A stretch of 64,000 nucleotides of DNA from an uncultured virus (IMG/VR IMGVR_UViG_3300027751_000014) (taxonomy: Duplodnaviria > Heunggongvirae > Uroviricota > Caudoviricetes): IMG/VR virus record IMGVR_UViG_3300027751_000014, one strand, 5' to 3'. Below, piece after piece: positions 1 to 10,039 of this stretch. The position numbers and the translations under genes were made by a program. Each line of letters starts with the position of its first letter. Position 1 is the first letter of the stretch. A model generated the notes under the pieces. It did no database searches. It saw only the letters and a list, made by a program, of their open reading frames with translations, and was not told the DNA's origin.

Positions 1-2
1 AG

Positions 3-655
3 GGCGTTCAAGGAACACAGGGTGTTCAAGGAACACAGGGCGTTCAAGGAACACAGGGCGTTCAAGGAACACAGGGCATACAAGGAGTACAAGGAACACA
101 AGGCACAACTGGTACACAAGGAACGACTGGTACACAAGGCACAACTGGTACACAAGGAACAACTGGTAGCCAAGGTACACAAGGAGTACAAGGCGTACAG
201 GGAATTCAAGGGCTACAAGGTACGCAAGGTGTTCAGGGTTTACAGGGACGACAAGGCACAACTGGTTCACAGGGAACGACTGGTACTCAAGGCACAACTG
301 GTACCCAAGGAACAACTGGCACACAGGGAACAACTGGTTCGCAAGGAACTCAAGGAGTACAGGGAGTTCAGGGACTACAAGGTACGCAAGGAGTACAGGG
401 AGTTCAAGGCATCCAAGGAGTTCAAGGAGTCCAAGGGCTACAAGGAACCCAAGGAACGACTGGTACACAGGGAACAACTGGTACACAGGGAACAACTGGT
501 ACACAGGGCACAACTGGTACACAGGGAACAACTGGTTCGCAAGGTACACAAGGAGTGCAGGGAGTTCAGGGACTACAAGGTACGCAAGGAGTACAGGGAG
601 TTCAAGGCATCCAAGGAGTACAAGGAACACAAGGTATAACTGGTACCGCCGGTCC
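3..655 (+). repeat. 9/18-bp coding repeats of the collagen-like Gly-X-Y region
   Basis: Recurring ggtacacaa/ggagttcaa/ggaacaact units. Confidence 0.9.
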
Positions 656-2306
656 TTCAACTACAATTAATGCAACCAACACCGTTGCTGACGCATCTCT
701 ATTCCCAGTTATGGTTACCGCAGCAGGAAGTGATCAAACAGCAAATGTCACAACAACTAAATTAGGATTTGATTCTACTACTGGTGCACTATCCATAGGT
801 GGTCCTGTTTATATGGGTGGTGACGCAATAGGTCATTTTGAAACCGTAACAGGAAATTTCGGTTCTGTGCAAGTAGACGGTAATGAAGGTTCAAGTGGTA
901 CTTGGAGTGGATACAGCATCGGTGGCCGTGGTACATTTATGGACAATGCGGGCGCCACAACAGCCCTTCGTTTCGGTCTATACGACGATCAAAACACTGG
1001 TTGGGTTTTACAATACAATTCATCAGCAGCAAATCGTGAACTAAGTTTGTATTATGCAAACGGTGTAAAATTAGAAACTACTAACACAGGAATATCTGTT
1101 ACTGGTGATGTAAGTGCAACCTCAATTGGTGGTATTACAGAAGCAAATCTTGTTGATAAGTCTGCGACCGAATCCATAGCTGGAGTTTGGGACTTTACTT
1201 CACAACCAGATATGCAATATGGTATCGGTGGTGACTATTTAAATGCTGGCGGTTCAAATACCTATGGTGCTACGATTTGGTCATTAGATGCGACGTGGCA
1301 AGGTGGCATAGCCGGTGCAAACTCTGTTAATACCTCTGTATATGGGTTACGTTGGATACGGTCCGCCCACACCAACGCCCACGCAAATATTGGTGAAGGG
1401 CTATATGTTTTGCAAAACGCCAGTTTGAAGGGCGGTATAGGATCCGCCGGCGGCTATATTAACGGAACGATGACCGCCACAACATTCTCAGGATCTGGTG
1501 CATCGTTAACAAATTTAGTTGCAGCAAATATAGATTCTGGCGATCTTGCAAGTGGCGTTAAATCATATTTTGGTTCTACTGGTGTATCGGGTTCTTATAG
1601 AGTTCCGTTCACAGATGCTGGGGTTAATACCGCTGGCAACTATAATATGAATATAGATAGTTCTGGGCATCTTTATTACAACCCATCTACTAACGTATTA
1701 TCGGCTGGCACTTTTAGTGGAACTTTTTCAGGGAGCGGTGCGTCAATTACCTCCCTTAACGCTGATAACATCTCAGCTGGTACTTTGAGTGTTTCTAGGA
1801 TGACACCAACTATGATTTTCTCAGCGGCCACTAACGTAACAGTGGGTAATGCAAGTGAATGGTTGTCTTGTGATGCTACTAATACATTAATGCGATTCTA
1901 CGTTAATGGATCTGAACGTATGCGTCTTGAGAATGGAGCCGCGGCAGGTATAGGTCTGGAAGTAGATGGTGATGTTATTGCGTTCTCCACCACAATATCT
2001 GATGAGCGCCTAAAAGATAACATTATGGTGATATCTAATGCACTAGACAAAGTTGATAGATTAAGAGGTGTAGAGTTTAATTGGAAACGAGATGGACAAC
2101 GTGGAGCAGGACTAATTGCGCAAGATGTTGAAAAAGTATTACCACAGGCGGTAAGAAACAACCGTGCTGGTATTGCAGTTGACCAACCATATATGGCTAT
2201 TGAATACTCACAAATCTCGTCTTTGCTTGTTGAATCTATTAAAGAATTACGTAAAGAATTGAAGATAGCTCAAGAAGAAATTAGAAAACTAAAGGAGCTA
2301 AAATAA
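3..2306 (+). CDS. Collagen-like tail fibre with C-terminal intramolecular chaperone (peptidase S74-like); 5' end outside window
   Basis: Frame of ORF 555..2306 is open from base 3 as Gly-X-Y repeats (GVQ/GTQ/GTT); C-terminus SDERLKDNI...GVEFNWK...GLIAQDVEKVLP plus coiled coil. Confidence 0.85.
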   Translation, partial: GVQGTQGVQGTQGVQGTQGVQGTQGIQGVQGTQGTTGTQGTTGTQGTTGTQGTTGSQGTQGVQGVQGIQGLQGTQGVQGLQGRQGTTGSQGTTGTQGTTGTQGTTGTQGTTGSQGTQGVQGVQGLQGTQGVQGVQGIQGVQGVQGLQGTQGTTGTQGTTGTQGTTGTQGTTGTQGTTGSQGTQGVQGVQGLQGTQGVQGVQGIQGVQGTQGITGTAGPSTTINATNTVADASLFPVMVTAAGSDQTANVTTTKLGFDSTTGALSIGGPVYMGGDAIGHFETVTGNFGSVQVDGNEGSSGTWSGYSIGGRGTFMDNAGATTALRFGLYDDQNTGWVLQYNSSAANRELSLYYANGVKLETTNTGISVTGDVSATSIGGITEANLVDKSATESIAGVWDFTSQPDMQYGIGGDYLNAGGSNTYGATIWSLDATWQGGIAGANSVNTSVYGLRWIRSAHTNAHANIGEGLYVLQNASLKGGIGSAGGYINGTMTATTFSGSGASLTNLVAANIDSGDLASGVKSYFGSTGVSGSYRVPFTDAGVNTAGNYNMNIDSSGHLYYNPSTNVLSAGTFSGTFSGSGASITSLNADNISAGTLSVSRMTPTMIFSAATNVTVGNASEWLSCDATNTLMRFYVNGSERMRLENGAAAGIGLEVDGDVIAFSTTISDERLKDNIMVISNALDKVDRLRGVEFNWKRDGQRGAGLIAQDVEKVLPQAVRNNRAGIAVDQPYMAIEYSQISSLLVESIKELRKELKIAQEEIRKLKELK

Positions 2307-3389
2307 ATGACATTACAATCATCAGGACCAATATCAGCAACTAACATTGCAGCTGAATTTGATGACACATCACCAACTCAAATTAGTGAATTTTATGGAC
2401 TAGGAACTCCAACCCTTCCTGCCTCTGACGAAATAAGGTACAGTGATTTTTATGGTGTATCGGCAGTGACTGCCGAATGGACCGGAACGTGGCTTGCTTA
2501 TGCATCCTGGCCCAATTGGGGAGCAGCTGGCTGGGGCACTGGAATAAATCCCACAAGCGGACAATCCCTTTCTGTAGTTTCAGATTTCTGCCGCGTAAGA
2601 CTCAGAGATAACGGATCAGGAACAGTAACCGTAACCCTCGATGAAAATACAGCAAATAGCACCCATACTATATCATATACTGGATACACATCAACCAGAG
2701 TGGTGTTAGCTGAGTCTGGAACGTGGTCCACCGTTGGCACCGGACAAGCCTATCCTACAGCAGGAACTACAACACTAACAACGTCAGATCTTAGTTTGCT
2801 TTGGACCTGCACCGACAGCAATCCAGGGCTAATAGCTTCTCGTTTATATGGTAACAGCATTCTGCTTACACTACAAGGATACGCCGGAGGAGCCTGGGAT
2901 ACTGCTGGAGGTATTGCTTGTAATAGCGGAACATATATTCCTATAAGCAGGTGGGCTAAATATCAGAACACAACTACAAAATCATGTCCTGATCCAAATA
3001 CACTTATCAATATTACTCCAACAACGTATGCTAGAGCTGGTGCTCTTAATGTTGGTGATAGAATCTATACAATGCATGAGCATAGCGGAGAATTTGGTTA
3101 TTACAACATCACACATGCAGAAACGATACCTAATATAGATAAGTTAAATTATATTTTTGACGATGCAACAAATCTCATAGCATCAGATTCACACAAGTTT
3201 TATCTAGGTGGAAATAATTGGAGATATGGTAATGAGTTATCGGTTGGTGATAAAGTAGTTGGCATTAACACCATAAAGACGGTGGTTGATATTGAAAGAG
3301 TGAATTCTGGAGAAATTGTACAAATAGAAGTTGACGGAGCACATACTTACATTGCAGCAAATATTATTTCCCACAACATTAAGATGTAA
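2307..3389 (+). CDS. Tail-fibre-associated protein with C-terminal Hint (intein-like) domain
   Basis: N-term MTLQSSGPIS typical of phage fibre accessory genes; SCPDPNTLI...LNVGDRI...IEVDGAHTYIAANIISHN Hint blocks. Confidence 0.75.
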   Translation: MTLQSSGPISATNIAAEFDDTSPTQISEFYGLGTPTLPASDEIRYSDFYGVSAVTAEWTGTWLAYASWPNWGAAGWGTGINPTSGQSLSVVSDFCRVRLRDNGSGTVTVTLDENTANSTHTISYTGYTSTRVVLAESGTWSTVGTGQAYPTAGTTTLTTSDLSLLWTCTDSNPGLIASRLYGNSILLTLQGYAGGAWDTAGGIACNSGTYIPISRWAKYQNTTTKSCPDPNTLINITPTTYARAGALNVGDRIYTMHEHSGEFGYYNITHAETIPNIDKLNYIFDDATNLIASDSHKFYLGGNNWRYGNELSVGDKVVGINTIKTVVDIERVNSGEIVQIEVDGAHTYIAANIISHNIKM

Positions 3390-3397
3390 AAGGTATT

Positions 3398-4066
3398 ATG
3401 ATAGAATTTAATTTATATACAGTCGCACATACAGGAACAACGTTCGCATTTACCATGTTTTATTTCTTTGGATTTAAGATGGGTGCCCTTGTTGGAAAAA
3501 CGCCAGAATATCCTGACGATGATTTAGTAGGGATAGACAATGTTACGTTTTATCATTTTCATTCAAATGAAACAATACACACAGGATACATTGACAAATA
3601 TCTAGATGGCAAAAATGGTAAAATAAAAACCGTTATTACTTTACAAGATCCTAATAGATGGTTGTGCTCTATAGCAGATAGACCCGTTTATCCAATTACC
3701 CATTATAATAATTGGATGATAATGATGGATCAAACAACTAATACTGACAATGTTTATATCGATATATTGTGTCCACCAGAAAAAAGAGTAACACACATTA
3801 CTAGTGTATTAAAACAACTAGGAATATATAAATCAGAATATGATCCCTTAATAATTAATTGGTGTAGTAATCATTGGAAGAAGTATAATAGTGTGGGCGG
3901 ACATAATCACCAAAACTACGAAGAAACGGGGACACTCCCCCGAGGACTATTGTCTCCGTATAACGATCAAAATCCAGGAAACCAAGAACAAATGATGAAT
4001 ATTTTAAGGGACTGGTATAAAGAAAAAAGAGACCCATTAATAAATGCAAATTATGAGGTAATATAA
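3398..4066 (+). CDS. Sulfotransferase-like protein (putative)
   Basis: N-terminal AHTGTT and later ITLQDP..WLCS resemble PAPS-binding motifs. Confidence 0.4.
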   Translation: MIEFNLYTVAHTGTTFAFTMFYFFGFKMGALVGKTPEYPDDDLVGIDNVTFYHFHSNETIHTGYIDKYLDGKNGKIKTVITLQDPNRWLCSIADRPVYPITHYNNWMIMMDQTTNTDNVYIDILCPPEKRVTHITSVLKQLGIYKSEYDPLIINWCSNHWKKYNSVGGHNHQNYEETGTLPRGLLSPYNDQNPGNQEQMMNILRDWYKEKRDPLINANYEVI

Positions 4067-4716
4067 TGAGTACAGTAGATTGCCTCCAGTGTACTGGACT
4101 GTGTTGTAAACAGGCAGGATTCGGGATGCAATGGACAGGACAAGAATCTTATGATCTGATCTACAAACTATTACATAATACAAAAATTAATATTTTGTTT
4201 AATTATAGCATTGTATTGGACGCTCCTATTGATATGGTGTTTGTGATAAACCACACCGACAGTCCCTGTTCAAAATTGGTTAATAATTTATGCGCTTTAC
4301 ACGGCACTCCCGATAAACCGCAAATGTGTCAAGACTATGCTGTGAACGGAACCTGTATATTTTTCCGTAATAACGTACCGAGAAGTAATATTGAACAACA
4401 AGATGAGTTTATCCATTATAACAAAAAAGCTACCATTCAAGATGTAGATGAACTTAAATCGTTTTTTGAAATGAGGGGCGCAAAGAAGGCATTCGTAGAT
4501 GACTTTGGTGTTATGCTAACCACACCCACCATTGATGCATCCACCCCTACTATGGTTAGTATCTCGAAGAAAATAGAAGATTCTAGACCCGGGTGGGGCG
4601 ATTGGCTTGCTTATCACGATAAAACTTATAATTTGCGTGATACCGGAGCATGGTATGAAATTGAGATAAAAGGAGAAAACACTTTTTCATATCAGCACAT
4701 TAATATAGATAAATAG
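4066..4716 (+). CDS. YkgJ-like Cys-cluster (Zn/Fe-chelating) protein
   Basis: CxxCxGxCC...CSKLVNNLC...KPQMC pattern. Confidence 0.6.
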   Translation: MSTVDCLQCTGLCCKQAGFGMQWTGQESYDLIYKLLHNTKINILFNYSIVLDAPIDMVFVINHTDSPCSKLVNNLCALHGTPDKPQMCQDYAVNGTCIFFRNNVPRSNIEQQDEFIHYNKKATIQDVDELKSFFEMRGAKKAFVDDFGVMLTTPTIDASTPTMVSISKKIEDSRPGWGDWLAYHDKTYNLRDTGAWYEIEIKGENTFSYQHINIDK

Positions 4717-4742
4717 TAAAACATAACAAGGACTTAATTATC

Positions 4743-6050
4743 ATGGCAAAATATTTCTCAATTCACGCAGCACCAACTATATATGCAACAGTTTCAGACG
4801 CTGATAAACGCCTGCTTCCGTTTAGAGGTGATGTAGTGAGCATCATACATTCATCAACTCCACCTACTCCAACAAACAGGCTGGTGTATGCAGAGATTAC
4901 AGACTTTGACAATTTTCATGTAACTGCGGTCGCGGTCCAAGGATCTGGTGATTATGCAGAAAATGATGTTCTTACTCTTGTCGGCGGCACTGGAACAGCA
5001 GCTACACTAGAAGTTACAGCCATTGGAGGTACTCAGGCAACGATTGCAATTGTAGCAGTTGGAGGCACTGGTGCATTGGACACTGTAGAAATTATTAACC
5101 CTGGCTACGGATATTGGACAGACGGTACCGCAGTAGCGCAAGCTGGCGGCGACGGTACTATTGATTACACTGTATCAAACGGCGCAATTGTGTCAGTTAG
5201 TATAAACAACGCCGGAACGGCAAACGTTGATGGTGTCTATGATATTGCACCGGCACCAAACGCAATCACAGCAGTGTCCATACTCGATGGCGGTAATTAC
5301 TCTGTGCTGCCAACTGGCATAATATCAACAACTGGAGGCACTGGTACAGGCGCCACCTTTACAATTTTGACCTCAGCGACATTTTATGATACTCATGATC
5401 CATCCATATATCAAGATTGGCGACGTGGTGTTAGTACAGCATTATCATACTCTGATGCTGCAAACGATGCGTGGGGAATAACAACAACAGTATCAAATGT
5501 CCCCGCAGCAGGTGACCCGTATATAACAGCGAATAGTGTTCAGGCATTTGCAGAAAGTTGGCACGGAACAATAAGTGATATAACTGCAACCACTGTTACG
5601 ATTAGTGGAAGTACATTTGACTTTGTAACTTCCCCAGCCTTCTGGACTAATACTGGCGCTGGATTTGACGATATTAAATGGACACAAGACAGTTACACCC
5701 CAAGCCCTGTTGTTCAAACAATCGTTGCAAATTATGGTGATTTTAGCACCGGAACGAGTCCAAACGAAACTGCTGTGCGGTTTGAACGCATGGCTCAGGA
5801 TCTAACTGGAGATGTTAGCACAAATAGTAATTTACAGCTTAAAGTTTCATTTGCTGGTGAAGATATATTAGATCGTTTTGTTCTACAAACACACAAGTAT
5901 TTTGACGGCACATTAGCAGCATATAGGTATTATATATCTTCTGCTACTGTAGACACAATAATTGCTGCTGGTGGAATAGTGAGCGTAACATACGCAACAT
6001 TCCTGAGTTACTTGTTGGACAAAGCAACAACCGGTCAGATAATTAGTTAA
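4743..6050 (+). CDS. Putative virion structural protein with Gly/Thr-rich beta modules
   Basis: GGTG repeats; upstream GATAAATA at 4708. Confidence 0.55.
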   Translation: MAKYFSIHAAPTIYATVSDADKRLLPFRGDVVSIIHSSTPPTPTNRLVYAEITDFDNFHVTAVAVQGSGDYAENDVLTLVGGTGTAATLEVTAIGGTQATIAIVAVGGTGALDTVEIINPGYGYWTDGTAVAQAGGDGTIDYTVSNGAIVSVSINNAGTANVDGVYDIAPAPNAITAVSILDGGNYSVLPTGIISTTGGTGTGATFTILTSATFYDTHDPSIYQDWRRGVSTALSYSDAANDAWGITTTVSNVPAAGDPYITANSVQAFAESWHGTISDITATTVTISGSTFDFVTSPAFWTNTGAGFDDIKWTQDSYTPSPVVQTIVANYGDFSTGTSPNETAVRFERMAQDLTGDVSTNSNLQLKVSFAGEDILDRFVLQTHKYFDGTLAAYRYYISSATVDTIIAAGGIVSVTYATFLSYLLDKATTGQIIS

Positions 6051-7323
6051 GGAAATAACTAGAACAAAGCTTGGTGCATTCTCGGTCATCGGTCATCTGT
6101 TTCAAAATTATAGGATCAACCAAATCAGGATGCGCCCACCAATCCTCATAACTGTCCTTATCGTTTAGACCAACGTTACTAACGACCAGCACATACCCTT
6201 TCTCTTTGAGGTATGCTCGTGCCTCTTCTCGTGTTGACTCTTTTTCGTACACATCGCGGTACGCATCATGTTCGTATGTAATAACAGCAAACCTATGTGT
6301 ATCAAAAGGAATCTTCTTTAGTGCCTCAAGCGTAAGCGTAGGGGGATCAATGTCCATTTGCAAATAATCTATGTCATGACCTAAAGCCGACATACTGAGG
6401 AGCATACCATAGTCAGCTTGCGTAGCATCTAAGCAAAAGACCATGTTATTACGCTCTTTAAAAAACTTGTTTACCAGTTCCCTGTCATTGTCAACGGAAA
6501 TACCCTTCCATTCAAAATGTTTTTCCAACAATATAGTATTGTTATTAAAAAATGGATCACCTGACCCAACCTCTAAATACGTGCCGTTCTTCTTACCACC
6601 TAACAACGCAAGCACAAACATGTCTTGGTATGACTGAGAATAGTTTTTAGAGATTTCGGCTAGGTCTGGGAACGGGAACTTGAATTTACTAGCAAGGTCA
6701 GCGTAATAGCTCGTGGAACTAATAGGGTGTCCAATAGTTACTAAGTTTTGTCTTACAACCCGTGTGTGAAGCTCATCCATCTCATAGTTATTATTGAGGT
6801 CTTCTAAAATCTCTCTCGCTTGCTGGCACAACCCAACCCACCATGCGGGCACCGCAAGTTGAAATAGCATAGCATATTTTCCAGGATATCCAACGTCAGT
6901 GCGTAGCGGCGCATGTTCATTGTCAACAATACTGGTGCCAATTGACGCCATCATGTACGCTTCTTGCCACTCACCATTACGTTCGTGAAATCTGCTCATC
7001 AAATAACAGGCTTCTGGTCGCCCAGGAATTAGACTAACGGCATGCTGTAGCAAACCGCGTGTTGTATAATTCCGCGAACCTTGTGTGTCAAAACAATTGG
7101 AGCATCTTATTAAAGCCTCATAGCGCAACAATACATCATCACTCTTTTCAGCCGCCCGCAAATAAAATCCCACTGCCGCCGCTGTCTGCCCTATGTTATC
7201 ATAAGCCAAACCGAGGATAAAATTCAACATTGGGTCATGCGGCTCATCCGCATATTGTACGAGTAGCTTGCTAATATCGCTACGTGCTGCTAACGCCATT
7301 AATGTTTCTTCTGAGAAGCTCAT
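6043..7323 (-). CDS. TPR-like domain fused to FkbM-like methyltransferase
   Basis: Helical repeat N-term (RPEACY); C-term YSQSYQD...YLEVGSGDP...SVD...DYLQMDID...ITYEHD. Confidence 0.65.
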   Translation of the reverse strand: MSFSEETLMALAARSDISKLLVQYADEPHDPMLNFILGLAYDNIGQTAAAVGFYLRAAEKSDDVLLRYEALIRCSNCFDTQGSRNYTTRGLLQHAVSLIPGRPEACYLMSRFHERNGEWQEAYMMASIGTSIVDNEHAPLRTDVGYPGKYAMLFQLAVPAWWVGLCQQAREILEDLNNNYEMDELHTRVVRQNLVTIGHPISSTSYYADLASKFKFPFPDLAEISKNYSQSYQDMFVLALLGGKKNGTYLEVGSGDPFFNNNTILLEKHFEWKGISVDNDRELVNKFFKERNNMVFCLDATQADYGMLLSMSALGHDIDYLQMDIDPPTLTLEALKKIPFDTHRFAVITYEHDAYRDVYEKESTREEARAYLKEKGYVLVVSNVGLNDKDSYEDWWAHPDLVDPIILKQMTDDRECTKLCSSYFLN

Positions 7324-7517
7324 TCACTACTTCCTGTTGTGTTGTATTCTTCTATAATTAGTTCAGCAAATTTTTCTAAGTGGTATTCAGTAATCAAAAA
7401 TATTTTATATTTTGCATTTGCCATTTCACCCATCGTTGCACCTTTCGCTAGTTCAGGATGTTCTTCGGATACTAACGTGTTAGCTTGGGCAGCAAGTTCT
7501 CTTATACGTGCGTTCAT
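7320..7517 (-). CDS. Hypothetical protein
   Basis: Overlaps both neighbours by 4 bp; EKFAELII motif common in phage ORFs. Confidence 0.6.
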   Translation of the reverse strand: MNARIRELAAQANTLVSEEHPELAKGATMGEMANAKYKIFLITEYHLEKFAELIIEEYNTTGSSE

Positions 7518-8530
7518 TCTCCCTCCATTTTTATAAATTCGTTGACCAACCTTGTTGAGATCCTCAACAAAAATGCAGCGTTATCCTGAAAGCCAAATGA
7601 GATGACCAGATCCTTCCCTACAATTGCAGCGCCAGCGCAGAATTCAATCTCACCAGTGAGGAAAGAAAACTTAGGTGAAAAATTTACAAGGTTCCAATTT
7701 TTGTCCCACAAAATAAATCTATGTCTATAAGCACCGTCTTTACGACCTAGCTCACTGTTGAATAAATTAACTTCATGCGTAAGCGTGAGGTAATGATCTT
7801 TACCCCAGTTTATTACTTGTGCACCGCCCCGCAAATCCGCCCCAAAATATGTCTTATTGTTTTCATTTAGTACAGCAGTCTCACAAGTACCAGCCTCCAC
7901 ATCTACCTTTACCACTTGTGTTGGATTAGTCCACTTCACAAAATGATACGGCATGTCTATTACTGGCATCCAGTTTTTCTCACAATAGGTCTCATCGGGC
8001 GGCGGCGCAGGCATCCTGAAACGCGACACTTCTTTTATTGTGTTACCAACTTTAATTTCTGAAAGCTCCATTCGACCAACACCGTTGGTTGTAGTATCAC
8101 GTCTTACACCGCACAGATAAAGCTTTTCACCCCAGCGGAACAGTCTCGCATCTTCCAACCCTGTAAATTCCCATTTAGGCTCTACGTCAAGCAAAGATGT
8201 ATCAACACGATGAATTTTATCAATGTCTAAATCTTTAGTTAGTGTACAGACATAGTTTACTGTACGCAGCGCACGATCATCCTCAGGATGTAGGTATTGT
8301 AACGGTCCAAACTGGTGTTGAAAGTTTTTACCTTCACTGTGATATAGTGTGTAATTTACATGGCGTATGTTGACCAATAATTGGTCACCATCCAAATAAA
8401 CTGACGGATTCATCAGTCCAGTTCCGCTTGTAAGATCAGCGGGTAGTATTAGCGGGTGTATGCTTCCACCGTTGTGTAAAGCATGATTAGCTAATCCAGT
8501 TTCTTGTATGTTTCGTAGGATTTTATTCAT
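7514..8530 (-). CDS. Beta-propeller glycoside hydrolase-like protein (GH43/GH130-like)
   Basis: MNPSV, GLEDARL, EKNWMP, LRGG, IEFCAG, SFGFQD motifs. Confidence 0.6.
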   Translation of the reverse strand: MNKILRNIQETGLANHALHNGGSIHPLILPADLTSGTGLMNPSVYLDGDQLLVNIRHVNYTLYHSEGKNFQHQFGPLQYLHPEDDRALRTVNYVCTLTKDLDIDKIHRVDTSLLDVEPKWEFTGLEDARLFRWGEKLYLCGVRRDTTTNGVGRMELSEIKVGNTIKEVSRFRMPAPPPDETYCEKNWMPVIDMPYHFVKWTNPTQVVKVDVEAGTCETAVLNENNKTYFGADLRGGAQVINWGKDHYLTLTHEVNLFNSELGRKDGAYRHRFILWDKNWNLVNFSPKFSFLTGEIEFCAGAAIVGKDLVISFGFQDNAAFLLRISTRLVNEFIKMEGE

Positions 8531-8680
8531 AATTATGTATATACTTTATTTATCCAGCTCTGTGTATTCAATGCTGTATTCTGGTTACTCTATATTATAC
8601 TATAAAAACTCCCCAATGTCAAATCTAGATCATAAAAGTAGATAAATAAATACGTAACATAACAAACAAAGGAGTTTATC

Positions 8681-8824
8681 ATGTTTGAAGAAGTAGTAGG
8701 CCTAGTATTATTCGTAGCCATTGCATATGGTATTTTCAAGTTCGCAAAGAGCCGTAAGAGTCCTCCAGGCACAGGTCCAGGACCGGGTCCAGGTACACCC
8801 CCAGGCGGAACAGAACAGAAATAA
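8681..8824 (+). CDS. 47-aa membrane peptide with Pro/Gly tail
   Basis: GATAAATA 8641, SD AAGGAG, MFEEVVGLVLFVAIAYGIFKF...PGPGPG. Confidence 0.65.
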   Translation: MFEEVVGLVLFVAIAYGIFKFAKSRKSPPGTGPGPGPGTPPGGTEQK

Positions 8825-8837
8825 AGGGTAAAGATCA

Positions 8838-9614
8838 ATGAAGATTACACAGATCATCACAGAGAATTTCGTCTGGGATTCAGGTCACGATGAAGATATG
8901 TCGAGGTCACTGAACTCTCTTATAAAATCGAATGGTGGTCTGTGGAAATCTCCAAAGCAAGCGAGTTTTATATTGAAGAAGCTTGCGACACCCGTGGACG
9001 TAGATAAAGTTGAACTAAAGAAGAAGTACATGGGCGTTGATATACAAAGTGGTTCACACTATATTGAAATTAGTGGTATGTCTATTTGGGCTAATTACGG
9101 CTCACGTAGTCAGATTCCTAAATGGTGGATTTTTACACTAGATGATTTTGGTGTAGTACAAAAGTTTAGCATTGGTGCGAGGGGCAACATGCGCGATGGC
9201 GCAGGTCCGAACACCGAAAAAGTTAAGCTAGAGTGGGAGCGTGACGATTCACTTATTACGCCTGAGATGGAAAAAGAAGTAAACGATCAACATAAGAAAG
9301 AATTTTATGTGAACTTGGGCGGCGTAGTTGGCGGAGCGCACATTGGCGAAGTCGGCAAGCGTATGCACATTGGTAAGGTGAAACTAATTGCTGAGAAAGA
9401 AGTAGGAGCAACCTACGCAGGTTATTATGCTGCTACAAGATATTGGCATTTGCTGGAAGATGAAAACGGCAATAAGTTTTATTACACTGGAGCACACGCC
9501 CCTCTGAAAAAAGGTGAATCCAAAGACTTGACAGCTGGCATAAAGCAACACATGGTCAGCAACAAAGGCGAAAAAGTGACGGTCATTTGGCGACCAAAAT
9601 GGCGGGATATTTAA
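8838..9614 (+). CDS. Hypothetical protein (C-terminal OB-fold-like)
   Basis: 258-aa ORF, HIGEVGKR motif. Confidence 0.65.
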   Translation: MKITQIITENFVWDSGHDEDMSRSLNSLIKSNGGLWKSPKQASFILKKLATPVDVDKVELKKKYMGVDIQSGSHYIEISGMSIWANYGSRSQIPKWWIFTLDDFGVVQKFSIGARGNMRDGAGPNTEKVKLEWERDDSLITPEMEKEVNDQHKKEFYVNLGGVVGGAHIGEVGKRMHIGKVKLIAEKEVGATYAGYYAATRYWHLLEDENGNKFYYTGAHAPLKKGESKDLTAGIKQHMVSNKGEKVTVIWRPKWRDI

Positions 9615-9763
9615 TCCCAACAAAAACAAGCACTTACAAAAAGTGCAATAAGATCAAGAAGTTACAAGGCAAGAAAAGTGTTGACAATAGCGTTTTATGG
9701 TGCTATTATACACATATATTGAGTAACTAGATAAATAAATTTACAGAAATATTGATTTAGGGG

Positions 9764-9792
9764 TTGACAAGTAGGTAAATAGAGTATATAAT
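9764..9792 (+). promoter_or_regulatory. Sigma70 promoter of the tRNA operon (a second one at 9681-9709)
   Basis: TTGACA-17-TATAAT. Confidence 0.8.
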
Positions 9793-9849
9793 ACGTACTT
9801 ACTTAGATAACTAAACAGATTTTTAACTAACAAGGAACAGGCTTAGAAA

Positions 9850-10008
9850 ATGATTACGACATTGACAATTTGTAGTATAGCAATATTATTGCTGGCACTC
9901 AAATCATGGCATAGTCAAGCCTCGATGTTGAATACCGTCCCCGCATCCTTTACACGCGGATATGATATTGAACAGACGACAAAGGCTTCCTTGTTTAAGG
10001 ACTTTTAA
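9850..10008 (+). CDS. Putative attenuator leader peptide (52 aa, all 20 amino acids)
   Basis: MITTLTICSIAILLLALKSWHSQASMLNTVPASFTRGYDIEQTTKASLFKDF*; overlaps antiterminator strand 9984-9994. Confidence 0.65.
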   Translation: MITTLTICSIAILLLALKSWHSQASMLNTVPASFTRGYDIEQTTKASLFKDF

Positions 10009-10039
10009 GCGGAAACGCAAAAAGAATTTTTACACAAGG

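Noticed and set aside
22..639. 205-aa repetitive ORF
   Set aside because: Off-frame shadow of the collagen-like repeat
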